DNA of 64,000 nucleotides from Octopus vulgaris (Eukaryota): NCBI GenBank assembly GCA_951406725.2, contig OX597823.1, positions 110,918,001-110,982,000 on the forward strand, given 5' to 3'. The notes under the pieces were generated by a model. That model was given only the letters and a program-made list of their open reading frames with translations. It did no database searches and had not been told where the DNA came from. This document shows positions 1 to 12,960 of this stretch, piece by piece (positions within the stretch are counted from its first letter, which is position 1; every line of letters begins with the position of its first letter). The translations under genes and the position numbers were made by a program.

Positions 1-480
1 TGTTTTATTCAACTAATTACAACACCACCCACCCCAGTCTCCCTCATCCACCTACTCTCGATCCCATTTACTATTCTCCCACCCCATTACTCTTACTCAA
101 ACTAATTGGCCTCGTTTCAGGGGGCGGCTGGTTACATTATTTTTCTTTATTATATATTTATTGTCTTAATATATTACTCTTCTACAATATTATTTCTTTT
201 TGTTGTCTTCTTTAATTATATTTACGAGTTTTGTTCGTTTTTCTTGTAATTTTGTTTTTGTTTCATAATACTGTATTTGTTTTCTTTTTGTTTTAATCTA
301 ATTATTTATTCATTTGTTGTGTTTATTATCTTTTATTAATATTGTTTTGGTCCTTTTTATTTTTGTCTCTTTAATTTTTTTTCTGTTTTATTTTTCATTT
401 ATGTCTCCCTGTACCCCCCACCCCCCATCTCTTTATTAATACATTCATTAATTTAGTTCAACTTTCACTATAGCTGTATA

Positions 481-542
481 TTATACTTACATATGCATAC
501 ACACAAAAACACATATACACCTACAAATTTGTGTTAGTATAC

Positions 543-575
<33 letters not shown>

Positions 576-585
576 AGTACATATT

Positions 586-626
<41 letters not shown>

Positions 627-643
627 GTACATATGTATGCGTG

Positions 644-679
<36 letters not shown>

Positions 680-703
680 TATGTATGTATGTAAGTACAT
701 ATT

Positions 704-734
<31 letters not shown>

Positions 735-744
735 GTACATATGT

Positions 745-775
<31 letters not shown>

Positions 776-1101
776 TGCATGTATGTATGTATGTATATTT
801 GTATAAATATATATACATTTGCATGTACATATGTATATATACATATACATATGTGTGTGTTCGTATATATATTTATGTATGCATGCACAAGCAAATACAC
901 ACTTGCGTACACCTCACGCTGGCACATCTATGTACGTTAACATATTTATTGGTTTTGATATTAATTCTTATTGTTTTTTCATTATCAGTACATAGGAAAT
1001 AGAAGTAAAATGCACAAAATCCCTTTCCATTATAGTTTATTTGTTTCTGAAGTTTCTTATCATTATTTTACTCACCCACACCAAATTTGCCAACTACTCA
1101 C

Positions 1102-1166
<65 letters not shown>

Positions 1167-1181
1167 GTATCTACACATTTC

Positions 1182-1271
<90 letters not shown>

Positions 1272-1378
1272 TATGTATATATATATATATATATATGCAT
1301 ACATACATACATATTAATATACATCTAGATATATATCTATATACGTGTATGTGTATGTATATATATAGATATATATAT

Positions 1379-1410
<32 letters not shown>

Positions 1411-1586
1411 GTGTGCACACATATACGCACACACACACATATATATATATAGTGCTGTCATCACGGAATACATATGTAATCTTCATATAAGTGATGCTCC
1501 AGCATAGCCACAGTCTAATGACTGTAACAAGTAAAAGATAATATATATATGTATTTATACACACTTATATACATATATATATATGC

Positions 1587-1625
<39 letters not shown>

Positions 1626-1986
1626 TGTCTGTGTGTGTGAGTTTACGTATGTATTCCAAAATATGTATATGGATATTATTGTGTATTCTTATACGCCTAT
1701 ACATCTACATGTATAAATTTCATGCTCATCACTTTTTATTTTTCATCTTCATCTTTCTCTCCTAACTACTCTATCTGTATATATATATGTGCCTGTGTAT
1801 ATCCGTCTGGACATGTGTGTGTTTATGCATATACATTGGATGGTAGGGTGTAAACAGTGGGTCAAAATGATGTAGATGAATATAAATATATACATGTATA
1901 TCTACATCGGTATACATAAGAACAACATACACAGATATATATTCATGTGTGCATGTGCGCACATATATATATAAATATATATATAC

Positions 1987-2033
<47 letters not shown>

Positions 2034-2131
2034 CATACATATACATATATATACATACATATATGTATATATATCATAGAGAGAGGGTGAGAGAGAGTGA
2101 CGGGGAGAAGATTATAAATACATATATATAT

Positions 2132-2162
<31 letters not shown>

Positions 2163-2231
2163 CATGCATGCATGCATGCATACATACATACATACATACA
2201 TACATACGTACATACATATATACATACATAT

Positions 2232-2326
<95 letters not shown>

Positions 2327-2345
2327 TACACTCATATATGTATAT
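481..2345. repeat. Compound microsatellite field (TA)n/(TATG)n/(CTAT)n/(GA)n/(GT)n
   Basis: Directly visible di- and tetranucleotide runs; they produce the YI-rich pseudo-ORFs of the track. A short SINE family A tail fragment lies at about 1490-1538. Confidence 0.95.
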
Positions 2346-3579
2346 ATGCTATGTATTTTGGATAGTTGAAAAACAGGAAAGTTCATGCTGGGTGAAATCT
2401 AATTGAAATATAAATTAATTATCTTCTATTTTTCACAGCCAACAATGTAATTACAGTGTAAAATATGAAGTATATTAAGGTTTGAAGACTTTTTATCAGG
2501 AATGCCGTTGTTCCTGGTTGTGTTTATGGATTTTCATTTTCTGTTTTTAAGTTTCGTTTTAAATGTGTCATTTTTTTTTATATATTTTTTATTTGCTCTT
2601 TTCATTATATTTTTTTGTGTCTGCTTATTTTATTTAAATTTTTTTATTGTATCTCTGTCTTATATATTTTTTTTCTTTTTTTTTTCTTAGGTAGCTTTTT
2701 AGTTCTGTTGTTTATTAAGTTTATTAATTTCACTCAGCCAGAAATTTATTTATTCATTTCATCTTATTTTTTGTTTGTTGTTTTGTTACCGCTTTTATTC
2801 CAGTCTCTTATGTTTTCATCCTTCCCAATTCTGCCATCTTTTCCATGATAGCACTTAAAATTCTTTCTCTTCATTTCGATATTACTCACGACCATGCCTT
2901 CATAAAATAATTTGCTATGTGTTAAGTTTGTAATTGAATTATTAGCTTAAAATCTTTATATAGTTTCTAGCAATGACAACATCTTCATGGCTTTTGGGGA
3001 TCCCTTTGACATATAGGGAATCTATACGAAGCTGAGTAACAAGAACGCACATTGCACAGAGCAGAGAAATCATTTGGACTGAGAGGCACCATTTCAAACA
3101 ATGGATTCTTTCATTTGGATGGAAAATTCAAATTAACTGGCTTAGTTCTAAAGGAAATTAAACATTATAAGCAACAATATACTGGAGCTGTGAAAACAAC
3201 TTATGCATCTTTTAACACATATCTATCACTTATGTAGCCAGAAGGGGAATTTGACAGGTTTGGACACCCCCCCCCCTACTTCAGATTCTTTACTTGTTCA
3301 ACATTCTGATTTCCAACACAATTCATAGCAAAGCATTAATGGCTGCTTGTTATTTTAACATTAACTTCCTTAAAAATCAACACAAGGAAAATAATTCTAC
3401 TAATTGTGTAAATAATAATAAAGAATTTTTTCTCCTAAAAACAACATGCCCACAGGAATCCTAAAATTTCTTTTTGGAGTCTTAAAAGTTTCCTCTGGCA
3501 GAGAATATTCTTCAGGTTAAGAACTGTGATTCTACAATCTATGAAATATATAATCAATCAAATATAGAGTTCGATATAT

Positions 3580-3861
3580 CATCATCATCATCATTGTTTA
3601 ACGTCTGTTTTCCATGCTAGCATGGATTGGATGGTTCGACCGGGGTCTGGGAAGCCAGGAGGCTGCACCAGGCTCCAGTCTGATCTGGCAGTGTTTCTAC
3701 AGCTGGATGCCCTTCCTAACACCAACCACTCCATGAGTGTAGTGGGTGTTTTTTACGTGCCACCAGCACGGAAGCCAGTCAAGGCAACACTGGCCTTGGT
3801 CACATTCGGATAGTGCTTTAGCCTCTAAAACCAACCACCCTACAGAATATCCTGGGTGTTG
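3580..3861 (-). mobile_element. RTE-type LINE 3' end (3'UTR with (GAT)n tail), 5'-truncated
   Basis: catcatc..tttaacgtc..ccatgctagcatgg..ggctgcaccaggctccagtctgat..ggatgcccttcctaac; the same sequence forms the 3'UTR of the RT-bearing element at 9488-10441. Confidence 0.8.
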
Positions 3862-4620
3862 CCCCTAAAATTTTGGCCTTTTGCCAATGTCATAAATCTT
3901 TATTTTATCTGTTTCCTTTATAAAATGATTTTCATGATTTTAAAATCTTTTCCTCATTTACTTAATAACATATAAAGGAAGAATAATTTTGTCTTAATCA
4001 AGGAAGTTGACGTGAATTAGTTAATGGGTCAAATTAGTTTCTTTTGGGAAATTGTGATGGATTTTCATAGAAAATAATATGGCTAATTTGCAAGAATGTT
4101 AGTGGTTAAATTCTAATTAGTATGATACAACTGAGAGAAATGAAAATGAAAGAATAATTAATAGATATGTTTTTGGTTCAGTAATTAATTTTCAGTTATT
4201 CACTTTCACTTTCTCACCTCTACCCTCTCAAATGCTGATACTGTAAAAAAATTCATCCATTACTCTCTGTTATGGGTAGCATTGTGATGAATCTTTAGTT
4301 TTGTCAAGGATATAACAATTTCTCTAATGCTGATGCTATGGGAAAATGTGCCCAGTACATTTTGTGAAGTGGTCAATGTTAGGATAGATATTAAGCCTTA
4401 GTAACCAGGCCAAAAATGTGACCTATAAACAATATGTGATCCCCAACCTATCTACCCATCTAGAAGAGATAAAACTTTCTGGTTCACCTTATGCTAGTAT
4501 TGAAAACTGGCGTAAAATGTTGATGGTGACTAGGATAATGAGAAATATTGATAAAAATCATCACTGATTGTCAGGACATTCTGAATGTCTTCACACTAGA
4601 AGTACCAACATGTCTTACTT

Positions 4621-4886
4621 CCTACAAGGGCCATAGGGGTCATTTTTGACTGGCATTGAAAATCTTTATTTAATGCAATTCATTTTAAATATAAGCTAAT
4701 GCAGTGAATAAAGGATTTGGAAATAAAGTCTTTTAGCATTTATTGGAAAAAATTTACGCACAAAACAATATATCTACTCATGTATATGAAATGAGGCTCA
4801 TGGTTGCACATTCAATACGGTCATAGAAATTAAAAAGTAAAAATCAAGAATGGCCGTAAATGACCACCCAGTACTCTGAGGGTTAA
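4621..4886. mobile_element. Possible degraded TTAA-type (piggyBac-like) MITE
   Basis: Right end reads ..gaggg|ttaa; imperfect inverted match ggtcattt/aaatgacc between the ends; left end degraded. Confidence 0.3.
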
Positions 4887-5148
4887 TGCTGCACCTCATC
4901 ACCTGATATCATATCAGACAGTTCACAGAACGCTTAATTGATGTGGAGACTTAGGCACACAATTAGGTTATAGAGCCATCACTAAATGGTTTTTTTTGAT
5001 ACATAGTGTATGTAGAGCCAGTTGGCTTTGCAGTGAACATATACCTACTGAATATACCTATTAGAGTAGCCTGAACTCAGCATCATGAGATATTAAAACT
5101 GTTGTCAATTCCTCTCCACATGAACAGACATCATGAGTTCTCTTTTTT

Positions 5149-5525
5149 TACTCTTTTACTCTTTTACTTGTTTCAGTCATTTGACGGCGGCCATGCTGGA
5201 GCACCGCCTTTAGTTGAGCAAATTAACCCCACGACTTAATTTTGTAAGCCTAGTACTTATTCTATCGGTCTCATTTGACGAACCGCTAAGTTACGCAGAA
5301 GTAAACACACCAGCATCGGTTGTCAAGCGATGTTGGGCAGGGACAAACACACACCCATATATATATATGACAGGCTTCTTTCAGTTTCCGTCTATCAAAT
5401 CCACTCACTTTGGTCTGCCCGAGGCTATAGTAGAAGACACTTGTCCAAGGTGCCACGCAGTGGGACTGAACCCGGGACCATGTGGTTGGTAAGCAAGCTA
5501 CTTACCACACAGCCACTCCTGCGCC
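5149..5525 (-). mobile_element. tRNA-derived SINE family A (CORE-like), near full length
   Basis: Minus strand: ggcgcaggagtggctgtgtggtaag (A-box), ggttcagtccc (B-box-like), ccttggacaagtg (CORE-like), internal TA microsatellite, (gtaaaaga)n tail; more than 10 copies in the window. Confidence 0.9.
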
Positions 5526-5824
5526 TATATAGTTAGAGCTTTCTATACTGATTCAGTATACAGAGAGAGACTTTATTACAAACAAGTTCTATCTTAACTT
5601 AGTAAAGGGATGTGGTTTATTGATTAGGACATAGGATCATGACTGTTACGTCATGAGTCCCATTCTGAGACTGGGAGGTAGATTGCATTCTTTTGTAAGG
5701 TACTTCTTTTCACATACCTCCAGAAAAAAAATTAGTACCGATGGCACTGGAGGGTTAATCCTGTGATAACGAGGAGTCCCATTTAAAGAGGGATTCTTAT
5801 ACTCTAATCTAAGTTGATGACATT

Positions 5825-6507
5825 GACCACAGTGTTCAACTAGTACTTATTTTATCAACCCCAAAAAGATGGATGGCAAAGTCAGCCTCATCAGTATTTG
5901 AACTCAGAATGTAATGATGGATGGCAAACAATTCTGCCAGCTTGCCGCCTTAACAGCAATAATATTTTAAACTATTTAGGGTAAGAAGCTGGCAGAAATG
6001 TTAGCATGCTGAGCGAAATGCTTAGCAGTATTTCATCTGTCTTTTCGTTCTAAGTTCAAATTCCGCCGAGGTTGACTTTGCCTTTCATCATTTTGGGGTC
6101 GATTAAATAAGTACCAGTTACACACCGGAGTCGATATAATCGACTTAATCCGTTTGTCTGTTCTTGTTTGTCCTCTCTGTGTTTAGCCCCTTGTGGGTAG
6201 TGAAGAAATAGGCATTTCGTCCGTCTTTAAATTCTGAGTTCAAATTCTGCTGAGGTTGACTTTGTCTTTCATCCTCTCGGGGTCGATAAATTAAGAACCA
6301 GTTGTGTACTGGAATCGATCTAACTGACTGGCCCCCTCCCCCAAAATTTTGGGCCTTGTGCCTAGAGTATAAATGAATATTTTAAACCATTCTACTATAG
6401 GCACAAGGCCTGCAACTGGGTGAGGAGCGTAATTGATTACATCGACCCCTGTACTTTACTGGTACTCTCTTTATCGACCTCAAAAGGGTGAACAGCAAAG
6501 GTGACTT
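5825..6507. mobile_element. Cluster of tRNA-derived SINE family B copies (5825-5950 minus, 5979-6210 plus, 6211-6375 plus, 6388-6507 minus)
   Basis: Repeated motif (g/a)agttcaaattccgccgaggttgactttgcctttcatc..ggggtcga..taagtaccag in both orientations. Confidence 0.85.
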
Positions 6508-7359
6508 CAGCATGATGATGTAGCTAAGTATGTTCATTGGAAATTGTGTAAGAAGTAAAGTCTTGAAAAGACATTGAAATGGTTCGAGCATAAAATGGAA
6601 GCAGAAACCGAGAATAATGACTGTGAGTTCTTTTGGGATTCTGCAAGCCAGTGAGAGTCAGTGATTGATGTTCGGAGACCAGACATTGCTGTAGTTTGTA
6701 AAATGATGAAGGAAACCAGGATCATAGATATTGCCATACACCCAAGGATACAGGAGTATTTCGTCTGCCGTTACGTTCTAAGTTCAAATTCCGCCAAGGT
6801 CAACTTTGCCTTTCATCCTTTCGGGGTTGATAAATTAAGTACCAGCTACGCACTGGGGTCGATGTAATTGACTTAATCCGTTTGTCTGTCCTTGTTTGTC
6901 CCCTCTATGTTTAGCCCCTTGTGGGCAATAAAGAAATAAGAATTGTTAGCACCGGCGAAATGCTAAGCGGTATTTCGTCCGCTATATAATTTTTTTTTCT
7001 TTCTAAAAAAAAAAAGAGCAAGAAAACATTGAAAAGTACATGCCCTTACGAGATGGTGTTACATGAATGTGGGCAATGAACAAAGTGATTGTGATCTCAG
7101 TATTTGAAGGGGCAACGAGAGCATTAACAACCAGGTTTGAGAAATTAGTTGGAGAAATTGGAATTGAGATGAGGGTAGAAGAGGCTCAGATAATTGCTTC
7201 ATTGGAGACAGCAAGGATTTTGAGATTGGAGTTTGGGGAAAGAGACCCTGTGAGGCCCTTGACAACAGGTTGTTGTCAGCTCTTACAAAATTAGTTGAAG
7301 CAACTGAAATCAAAAGCTCTGAGAAGTGAAGCAACAACAACAACAAAAACAACAATAAC

Positions 7360-7416
<57 letters not shown>
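6508..7416 (+). mobile_element. Degraded R4/Dong-type LINE 3' end (restriction-like endonuclease), split by a family B SINE
   Basis: Translation HDDVAKYVHWKLCKK..KWFEH..FFWD..RRPDIAVVCKMMKETRIIDIAI, then after the SINE KEQENIEKY..MWAMNKVIVISV..ALTTRFEK..TARILR; ends in (CAA)n/(TAA)n; in-frame stops present. Confidence 0.85.
6758..6985 (+). mobile_element. SINE family B inserted into the R4-type LINE
   Basis: Family B core and tail ..ttagccccttgtgggcaataaagaaata interrupts the endonuclease reading frame. Confidence 0.85.
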
Positions 7417-7418
<2 letters not shown>

Positions 7419-7622
7419 TCCTTTCTACTATAGGCACAAAAGGTCTGAAATTTTGGTAGAGTGGACTAATCAATTTCATTAACCTCCAGTACTTGGCAGG
7501 TACTTATCGATCCTGAAAGGCAAAGTCAACCTTGGCTGAATTTGAACTTGAAACTTGAAGACCAGTGAAATACCACTAAGCACTTTGTCCAACATGCTAC
7601 CAATTCTGCCAGTTTGCTGCTT
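7417..7622 (-). mobile_element. SINE family B, diverged
   Basis: aaaggcaaagtcaacc..tttgaact..ttctgccag is the reverse complement of the family B core and head. Confidence 0.75.
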
Positions 7623-7623
7623 T

Positions 7624-7626
7624 AAT

Positions 7627-7691
<65 letters not shown>

Positions 7692-7795
7692 GTAGTAATA
7701 ATAATAATAATAATATAATAATAATAATAATTATAATAATAATAATAATAGTAGTAATAATAATAATAATAGTAATAATAATAATAATAATAATA

Positions 7796-7842
<47 letters not shown>

Positions 7843-7870
7843 GTAGTAATAATAATAATAATTATAATAT

Positions 7871-7923
<53 letters not shown>

Positions 7924-7985
7924 TAATAATAATGATGATGATAATGATAATAGTAGTAATAGTAATAATAACAATAACAACAAGA
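7624..7985. repeat. (TAA)n microsatellite
   Basis: Long imperfect TAA/TAG/TGA run. Confidence 0.95.
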
Positions 7986-8340
7986 ACAAACAGCTACCCC
8001 CATCAGTGATGATAAGAGCATGAAAAATGGCAACACAAATTAAAGATAAAGGAGAATGAAATATAAAATCTGATTGGTGGAAGCTGATGCTCCATTGTAA
8101 CAACTAATGATGACAATAGATTGGGAATGAATAATTAAGAAATCATATTACACTCCCTATATAACACAACATTTTGTCCGTGTGGCAGTTTAGCTTTATT
8201 TTTGTGTTAATTATTTCTCTCTGTTATCATTATTTTTTCTTTATCACCAGAGGAAAACTTTAACAGATATACATACATACATACATTTTTTGTATTCATA
8301 TTCGTGTAACATTGTCCGTTTTTCCGTCCTTGTTTTGTAT

Positions 8341-8485
8341 ACATTCGAAGCTTTCTTCCAAGGAATCTAATGCGCTTAGCTTAGTTTTTCCTTGGAGCTA
8401 GCCAGATTGGAGAAATCTCAAGATTAATCAGCCGAAATTGCGAGAATGATCCGGTTCTTGACTGAAGATTGAAGGCTTCGAATGT
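8341..8485. repeat. Small element bounded by 15-bp inverted repeats
   Basis: acattcgaagctttc ... gaaggcttcgaatgt (one mismatch); internal ccaaggaa/ttccttgg stem. Confidence 0.5.
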
Positions 8486-8599
8486 CCCGTCCGTATTTTT
8501 TGTATCCTCTCCTAAATGTTTTGCGTTCTTGTCCCAGTTTGTATTTTTATACATATATACATATATATATATATATAGCGGTGTACGTACCCTCTCTCT

Positions 8600-8635
<36 letters not shown>

Positions 8636-9284
8636 GGTATACTATGTGTGTCTGTGTGTGTATATGTATTATTAAATCAGACAGAATTAAACACACCATC
8701 TCTGCTCTTCAGTTCTTATATGTATGTGTATGTACACACACACACACATGCACACATGCACATATGCATATCTAAAAACGATTTTCATAAATTAGGAAAT
8801 TATTAATGAAATTTAAAAAATCTTTAAGTAAAGCAAATTAACACAGACCTGATGGAAAGAAGATTTTGTGCAAGAGATTTTTACTGTCTTCAGCTGTTCA
8901 GAAGCACATACTGTAACCTATCAATATAGCAGTAATTACTTTTTACACTGTGTCTTTGAAGAATATGAAATCACTTATACCAAAATGCAAAAATCTCTCT
9001 TCAGTTAGAGCTGTGTACATCTATAATCTTCAATTTAGAAAAATGTTTTTCAGATCTCTCTCTCTTTCTCTCTCAAACATTTCCCACAAACTCTTTATGA
9101 GAAAACTCTTGCCAACTTGCAACAAAATTATCCCCAGAGACGAATTTTTGGTACCAAGAAACATAACTCTTAATTTAATCCCTTCTCCATTCATTTTATC
9201 ATCTTTTTCACAGCAACCACAAGCCAGATTTGTCTATGCGCCTCTAACAATAGGGAACAGTCACCATTTTTCCTTCCATAACGA

Positions 9285-9372
9285 CTACCTCTGATGAGCG
9301 CAGGAATCCAAGATCAGACTGTTACCTAACACTTCGTTGAAACCCTAATGCGAAACCAACGGGTAAGATAAG
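9285..9372 (+). ncRNA. Type I hammerhead ribozyme motif with long loop II
   Basis: ctacct-CTGATGA-gcg..(about 45 nt)..tgc-GAAA-cc-aacg-gg-TA-agata; stem III ACC/GGT, GUA cleavage triplet, stem I with one mismatch. Confidence 0.55.
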
Positions 9373-9404
9373 CCATAATGGATATATAATATTGTACTCT
9401 TTGA

Positions 9405-9440
<36 letters not shown>

Positions 9441-9487
9441 TCCTTATACACATAGACACACACTAACACACATATATATTACATATA

Positions 9488-10441
9488 TCATCATCATCAT
9501 CATTTAACGTCTGTTGTCCATGCTAGCATGGGCTGGGCAGTTTGACTGGGTTGGCAGGCTGGAAGGCTGTATCAGGCTCCAGTCTGATTTGGATAGTTTT
9601 CTACGACTGGATGCCCTTCCTAACGTCAACCACTCTGAGAGTGTAATGAGTGCTTTTACATGCCACCAGCACGGGTGTCATTTTTGTGACACTGGTATCT
9701 GCCATGACTGTGATTTTGCTGGGCTTGATGGGTCTTTTTCTCAAGCACGACATTGAGGTCAAACATTCAAAAGGAACTCAGCCGCTTGCCTCCATGAAGC
9801 CCAATGCTCAAAAGAACTATGCCTCTGTGAGGCCCAGCACTCAAAAGAAACTCAGCCGCTTTGCCTCTGTGAGGTCCAGCGCTCAAGATTGATTTTCTCG
9901 TGTGCTACCAACACGGGTCCGCTTGGCATGACAAGCCCTCTTAAGCAGAACACATCACCAAAGTTCTTAGTCACTAGTCGTTGCCTCTTTGAGGTTCAAT
10001 GTTTGAAGATCATGCTTCACTACCTTGTCTCATATCTTCTTGGGTTTACCTCAACCACAGGCTCCTTCCACAGTTATAGATCAACACTTCTTTACATAGC
10101 TGTCCTCATCCATATACATCACATGACCATACCAGCACAGTCATCTCTCTTGCACATTACATCTGATTCCTCTTACGCCTAACTTTTCTCTCAAGATGCT
10201 TACACTCAGTCGAATATGCACACTGACATTGCACGTCCAGCAAAGCATACTGGCTTCATTCCATTCAAGCCTATGCATGTCCTCAGCTGCTATAACCCAT
10301 GTTTCACTGTCATGCAGCATTGCTGTTCACACACAGGCATCAAACAATCTGCCTTTCACTCTGAGAGAGAGGCCCTTTGTTGCCAGCAGGGGTAGGAGCT
10401 CTCTGAACTTTTCCCAACTTAATCTTATTCTCACAGCTATG
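9488..10441 (-). mobile_element. RTE-clade LINE 3' fragment (ORF C-terminus, 3'UTR, (GAT)n tail), pseudogenised
   Basis: Minus translation ..WEKFRELLPLLATKGLSLRVKGRLFDACV*TAMLHDSETW..LREKLGVRGIRC..WYGHVM..GKPKK, typical of the RTE post-RT region; several stops. Confidence 0.9.
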
Positions 10442-10616
10442 CCAAGCTGTATCGGCCCCTTTGCCTTTCCCTTGGATAACACTGGTGGCGTGGAGAGGGG
10501 AGGCTGGTATGCATGGGCGACTGCTGGCCTTCCATAAACAACCTTGCCCAGACTTGTGCCTCGGAGGGAAACTTTCTAGGTGCAATCCCATGGTCATTCA
10601 TGACCGAAGGGGGTCT
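10441..10616 (+). mobile_element. SINE family D 3' part
   Basis: gccaagctgtatc..cccttggataaca..aacaaccttgcc..ttctaggtgcaat; second copy with a tRNA-like head at 27131-27360. Confidence 0.7.
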
Positions 10617-10845
10617 AGAATGTAATAGCATGATATTGAGTGACAGAGGTGTAGGGGTAGCCTGTATTTTCAGAGAGGTTGGAGGAGAGATGGGGGAAGA
10701 GAGAGAGAGAGAGAGAGAGAGAGACACACACACACACAGGATTCCTTATGCATTACCATTTGTTCCTGCTCTAGAAATGCATCAAAACATATTTTACTCC
10801 ATTTTCTACCTAATTGTAGCTGTATTGTGTAGTTATAAACAGCCA

Positions 10846-11080
10846 TTGGATGGTTTGACCAGGGTCTGGGAAGCCAGGAGGCTGCACCAGGCTCCATTCT
10901 GATCTGGCAGTGTTTCTACAGCTGGATGCCCTTCCTAACACCAACCACTCCGTGAGTGTAGTGGGTGTTTTTTACGTGCCACCGGCATGGAAGCCAGTCA
11001 AGGCAGCGCTGGCCTCGGCCACATTCGGATAGTGCTTTAGCCTCTAATACCAACCACCCCACAGAATATCCTGGGTGTTG
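10846..11080 (-). mobile_element. RTE-type LINE 3'UTR fragment
   Basis: Near-identical to 3627-3861, including the distal junction sequence. Confidence 0.8.
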
Positions 11081-11099
11081 ACTTGTTGCTGTTGTTATA

Positions 11100-11137
<38 letters not shown>

Positions 11138-11320
11138 TTCCTTTTTATTAGTTTCTTGAAAAAACATTTCCAGTGTATCCTCCGTATACATTTCATATAT
11201 AAATGCAATGACCGCTATTTTTGTCGGTTCTTGTTACGTTCCTTCGTGTGATGGTTGATTTTTGCCCTCTCCACTTATAAGGTCAGTAAAATAACTAGCA
11301 ATCAAAAATCCTAGTGCTAA

Positions 11321-11352
<32 letters not shown>

Positions 11353-11392
11353 CCACCGCCATCATCACCACCATCATCACCATCACCATCAC

Positions 11393-11427
<35 letters not shown>

Positions 11428-11483
11428 CCATCATCATCACCATCATCATCATCATCATCATCACCACCACCAAAACCACCACC

Positions 11484-11527
<44 letters not shown>

Positions 11528-11571
11528 TGCCATCATCATCAACGCCACCATCTATTTGTTTTCCCATCCAG

Positions 11572-11922
11572 CATGACAACGATTTAATGTCTGAAACGAG
11601 GAAGAGAATGGAAAGAGTAAAAGAAAGAACTAACAAAAAAAATATGTTAAAATATATTATAGAAAAAAATATTGCTGAGGAATTCTTCTGCAGGTCAATT
11701 CTATTCTTATCTAATCAAGAGAAAACAATAGACATTATAGAATCTAAGAAAAAGAAATGGCTTAGGAACACTTCTGCTTCATTCTCACCAAACAGTGAGA
11801 AATCAGAAAACAAAAGCCAATATGAATGCCAAAAGAAAAATTCCTCGGAATACTTCTCTAGCTCTGTTCTCACCAAATCTCAAGAAAACAGAGAAACAGT
11901 AAAATTTAACACTCAGTTTTGA
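11572..11922 (+). CDS. Candidate terminal coding exon, unknown K/E/S-rich product (unverified)
   Basis: Pyrimidine-rich acceptor tctatttgttttcccatccag; 116 codons of non-repetitive open frame (HDNDLMSETRKRMERVKE..FNTQF*); AATAAA at 12015-12020. No homology recognised. Confidence 0.3.
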   Translation, partial: HDNDLMSETRKRMERVKERTNKKNMLKYIIEKNIAEEFFCRSILFLSNQEKTIDIIESKKKKWLRNTSASFSPNSEKSENKSQYECQKKNSSEYFSSSVLTKSQENRETVKFNTQF

Positions 11923-12676
11923 CTGCAGAGTGTGGATGTTTGACCTCAAAGAGCTATAACCAGAACTGACAAATTAAGAGGCTGGTAGCGATAAGAGAAT
12001 ATGCAGTTAGCATCAATAAATTATCCATTATATTGGCTCTTACTGCCAAGTAGTGGTGAAAAGATGAAATATATATTCAAAGACATTACTTAGTAAATGT
12101 TAGTATCAACCTGGCTATATTTCAACACACTGAAATCAGAACGGACATTAAGTGGTATAAATATGTAAGCAAATATCTGTATTTGACAATAATAGTGGTA
12201 CAACATGTACACTACACTGGGATATCACTGTACAAAACGATGAGTGAATCATATCATTATGTAAGACAAAGGAGGAAATCAAGACAAATTTCCTAACTTC
12301 ATCGAAAATAGCTCCTCCAGCCAAAACACACACATTCTATACGGATACTTCTTAATAACGTAGCATTATAGATATGGTATGTGTGTATACACACATATAC
12401 AAATATACATTCATGCATACATACGCATACACATATGGACATGCTCGCATGCATAGGGAGTGCCAAATGAGGAAGGTGTTACCTAGATGCATAACCAGCT
12501 AGAAATAGCAACCAAATATTACTCTGGTCCCTGCTCTTATTACTCTGATGATAACAATAGTGTTATGGATGGAAACTCTGCAAAGAAAAAAATATCCATC
12601 ATTTAACGCTGATCACTTACAATAGCTGTAATAAAGGATTATGTACAAATAGATAATACATTTACATCGCAATCAC

Positions 12677-12677
<1 letters not shown>

Positions 12678-12718
<41 letters not shown>

Positions 12719-12719
12719 A

Positions 12720-12786
<67 letters not shown>

Positions 12787-12960
12787 GCAGCATCCTTTAA
12801 CAGCTACCTTTCATGCAAGCATGGTTTAACAGGATTCAACAAATCAAAGGATTGCATTGAACTCCATTCTCTGCTTTGGTTGGGTTTTCTATGATTATAT
12901 GCCTTTCCTGATGCCGACCACTTCACAGAGTGTACTGGGTCCTTTTTAAATGGCATTTGC
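12678..12960 (-). mobile_element. Old RTE-type 3'UTR fragment with (CAT)n/(CAG)n tail
   Basis: ctttaac..tttcatgcaagcatgg..gcctttcctgatgccgaccacttcacagagtgtactggg resembles the RTE tail family. Confidence 0.6.

Noticed and set aside
521-2406. Many 60-200-aa ORFs rich in YI/CV/HT here and throughout the window
   Set aside because: They are translations of TA/CA/TATG microsatellites that lack stops in several frames, not genes.
2971-3237. Non-repetitive island with an acceptor-like tttctag and a 61-aa ORF
   Set aside because: All three frames after the acceptor hit early stops and no homology is recognisable.
11234-11571. Poly-S/P, poly-D/G and poly-M ORFs (also 14390-15253, 22937-24148, 27686-28940, 60419-60873)
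   Set aside because: Trinucleotide repeats open in multiple frames on both strands.
12541-12585. CTGATGA followed by a taaca/tgtta stem and a later GAAA
   Set aside because: Six extra bases separate stem II from GAAA, and no stem III, NUH site or stem I can be formed.
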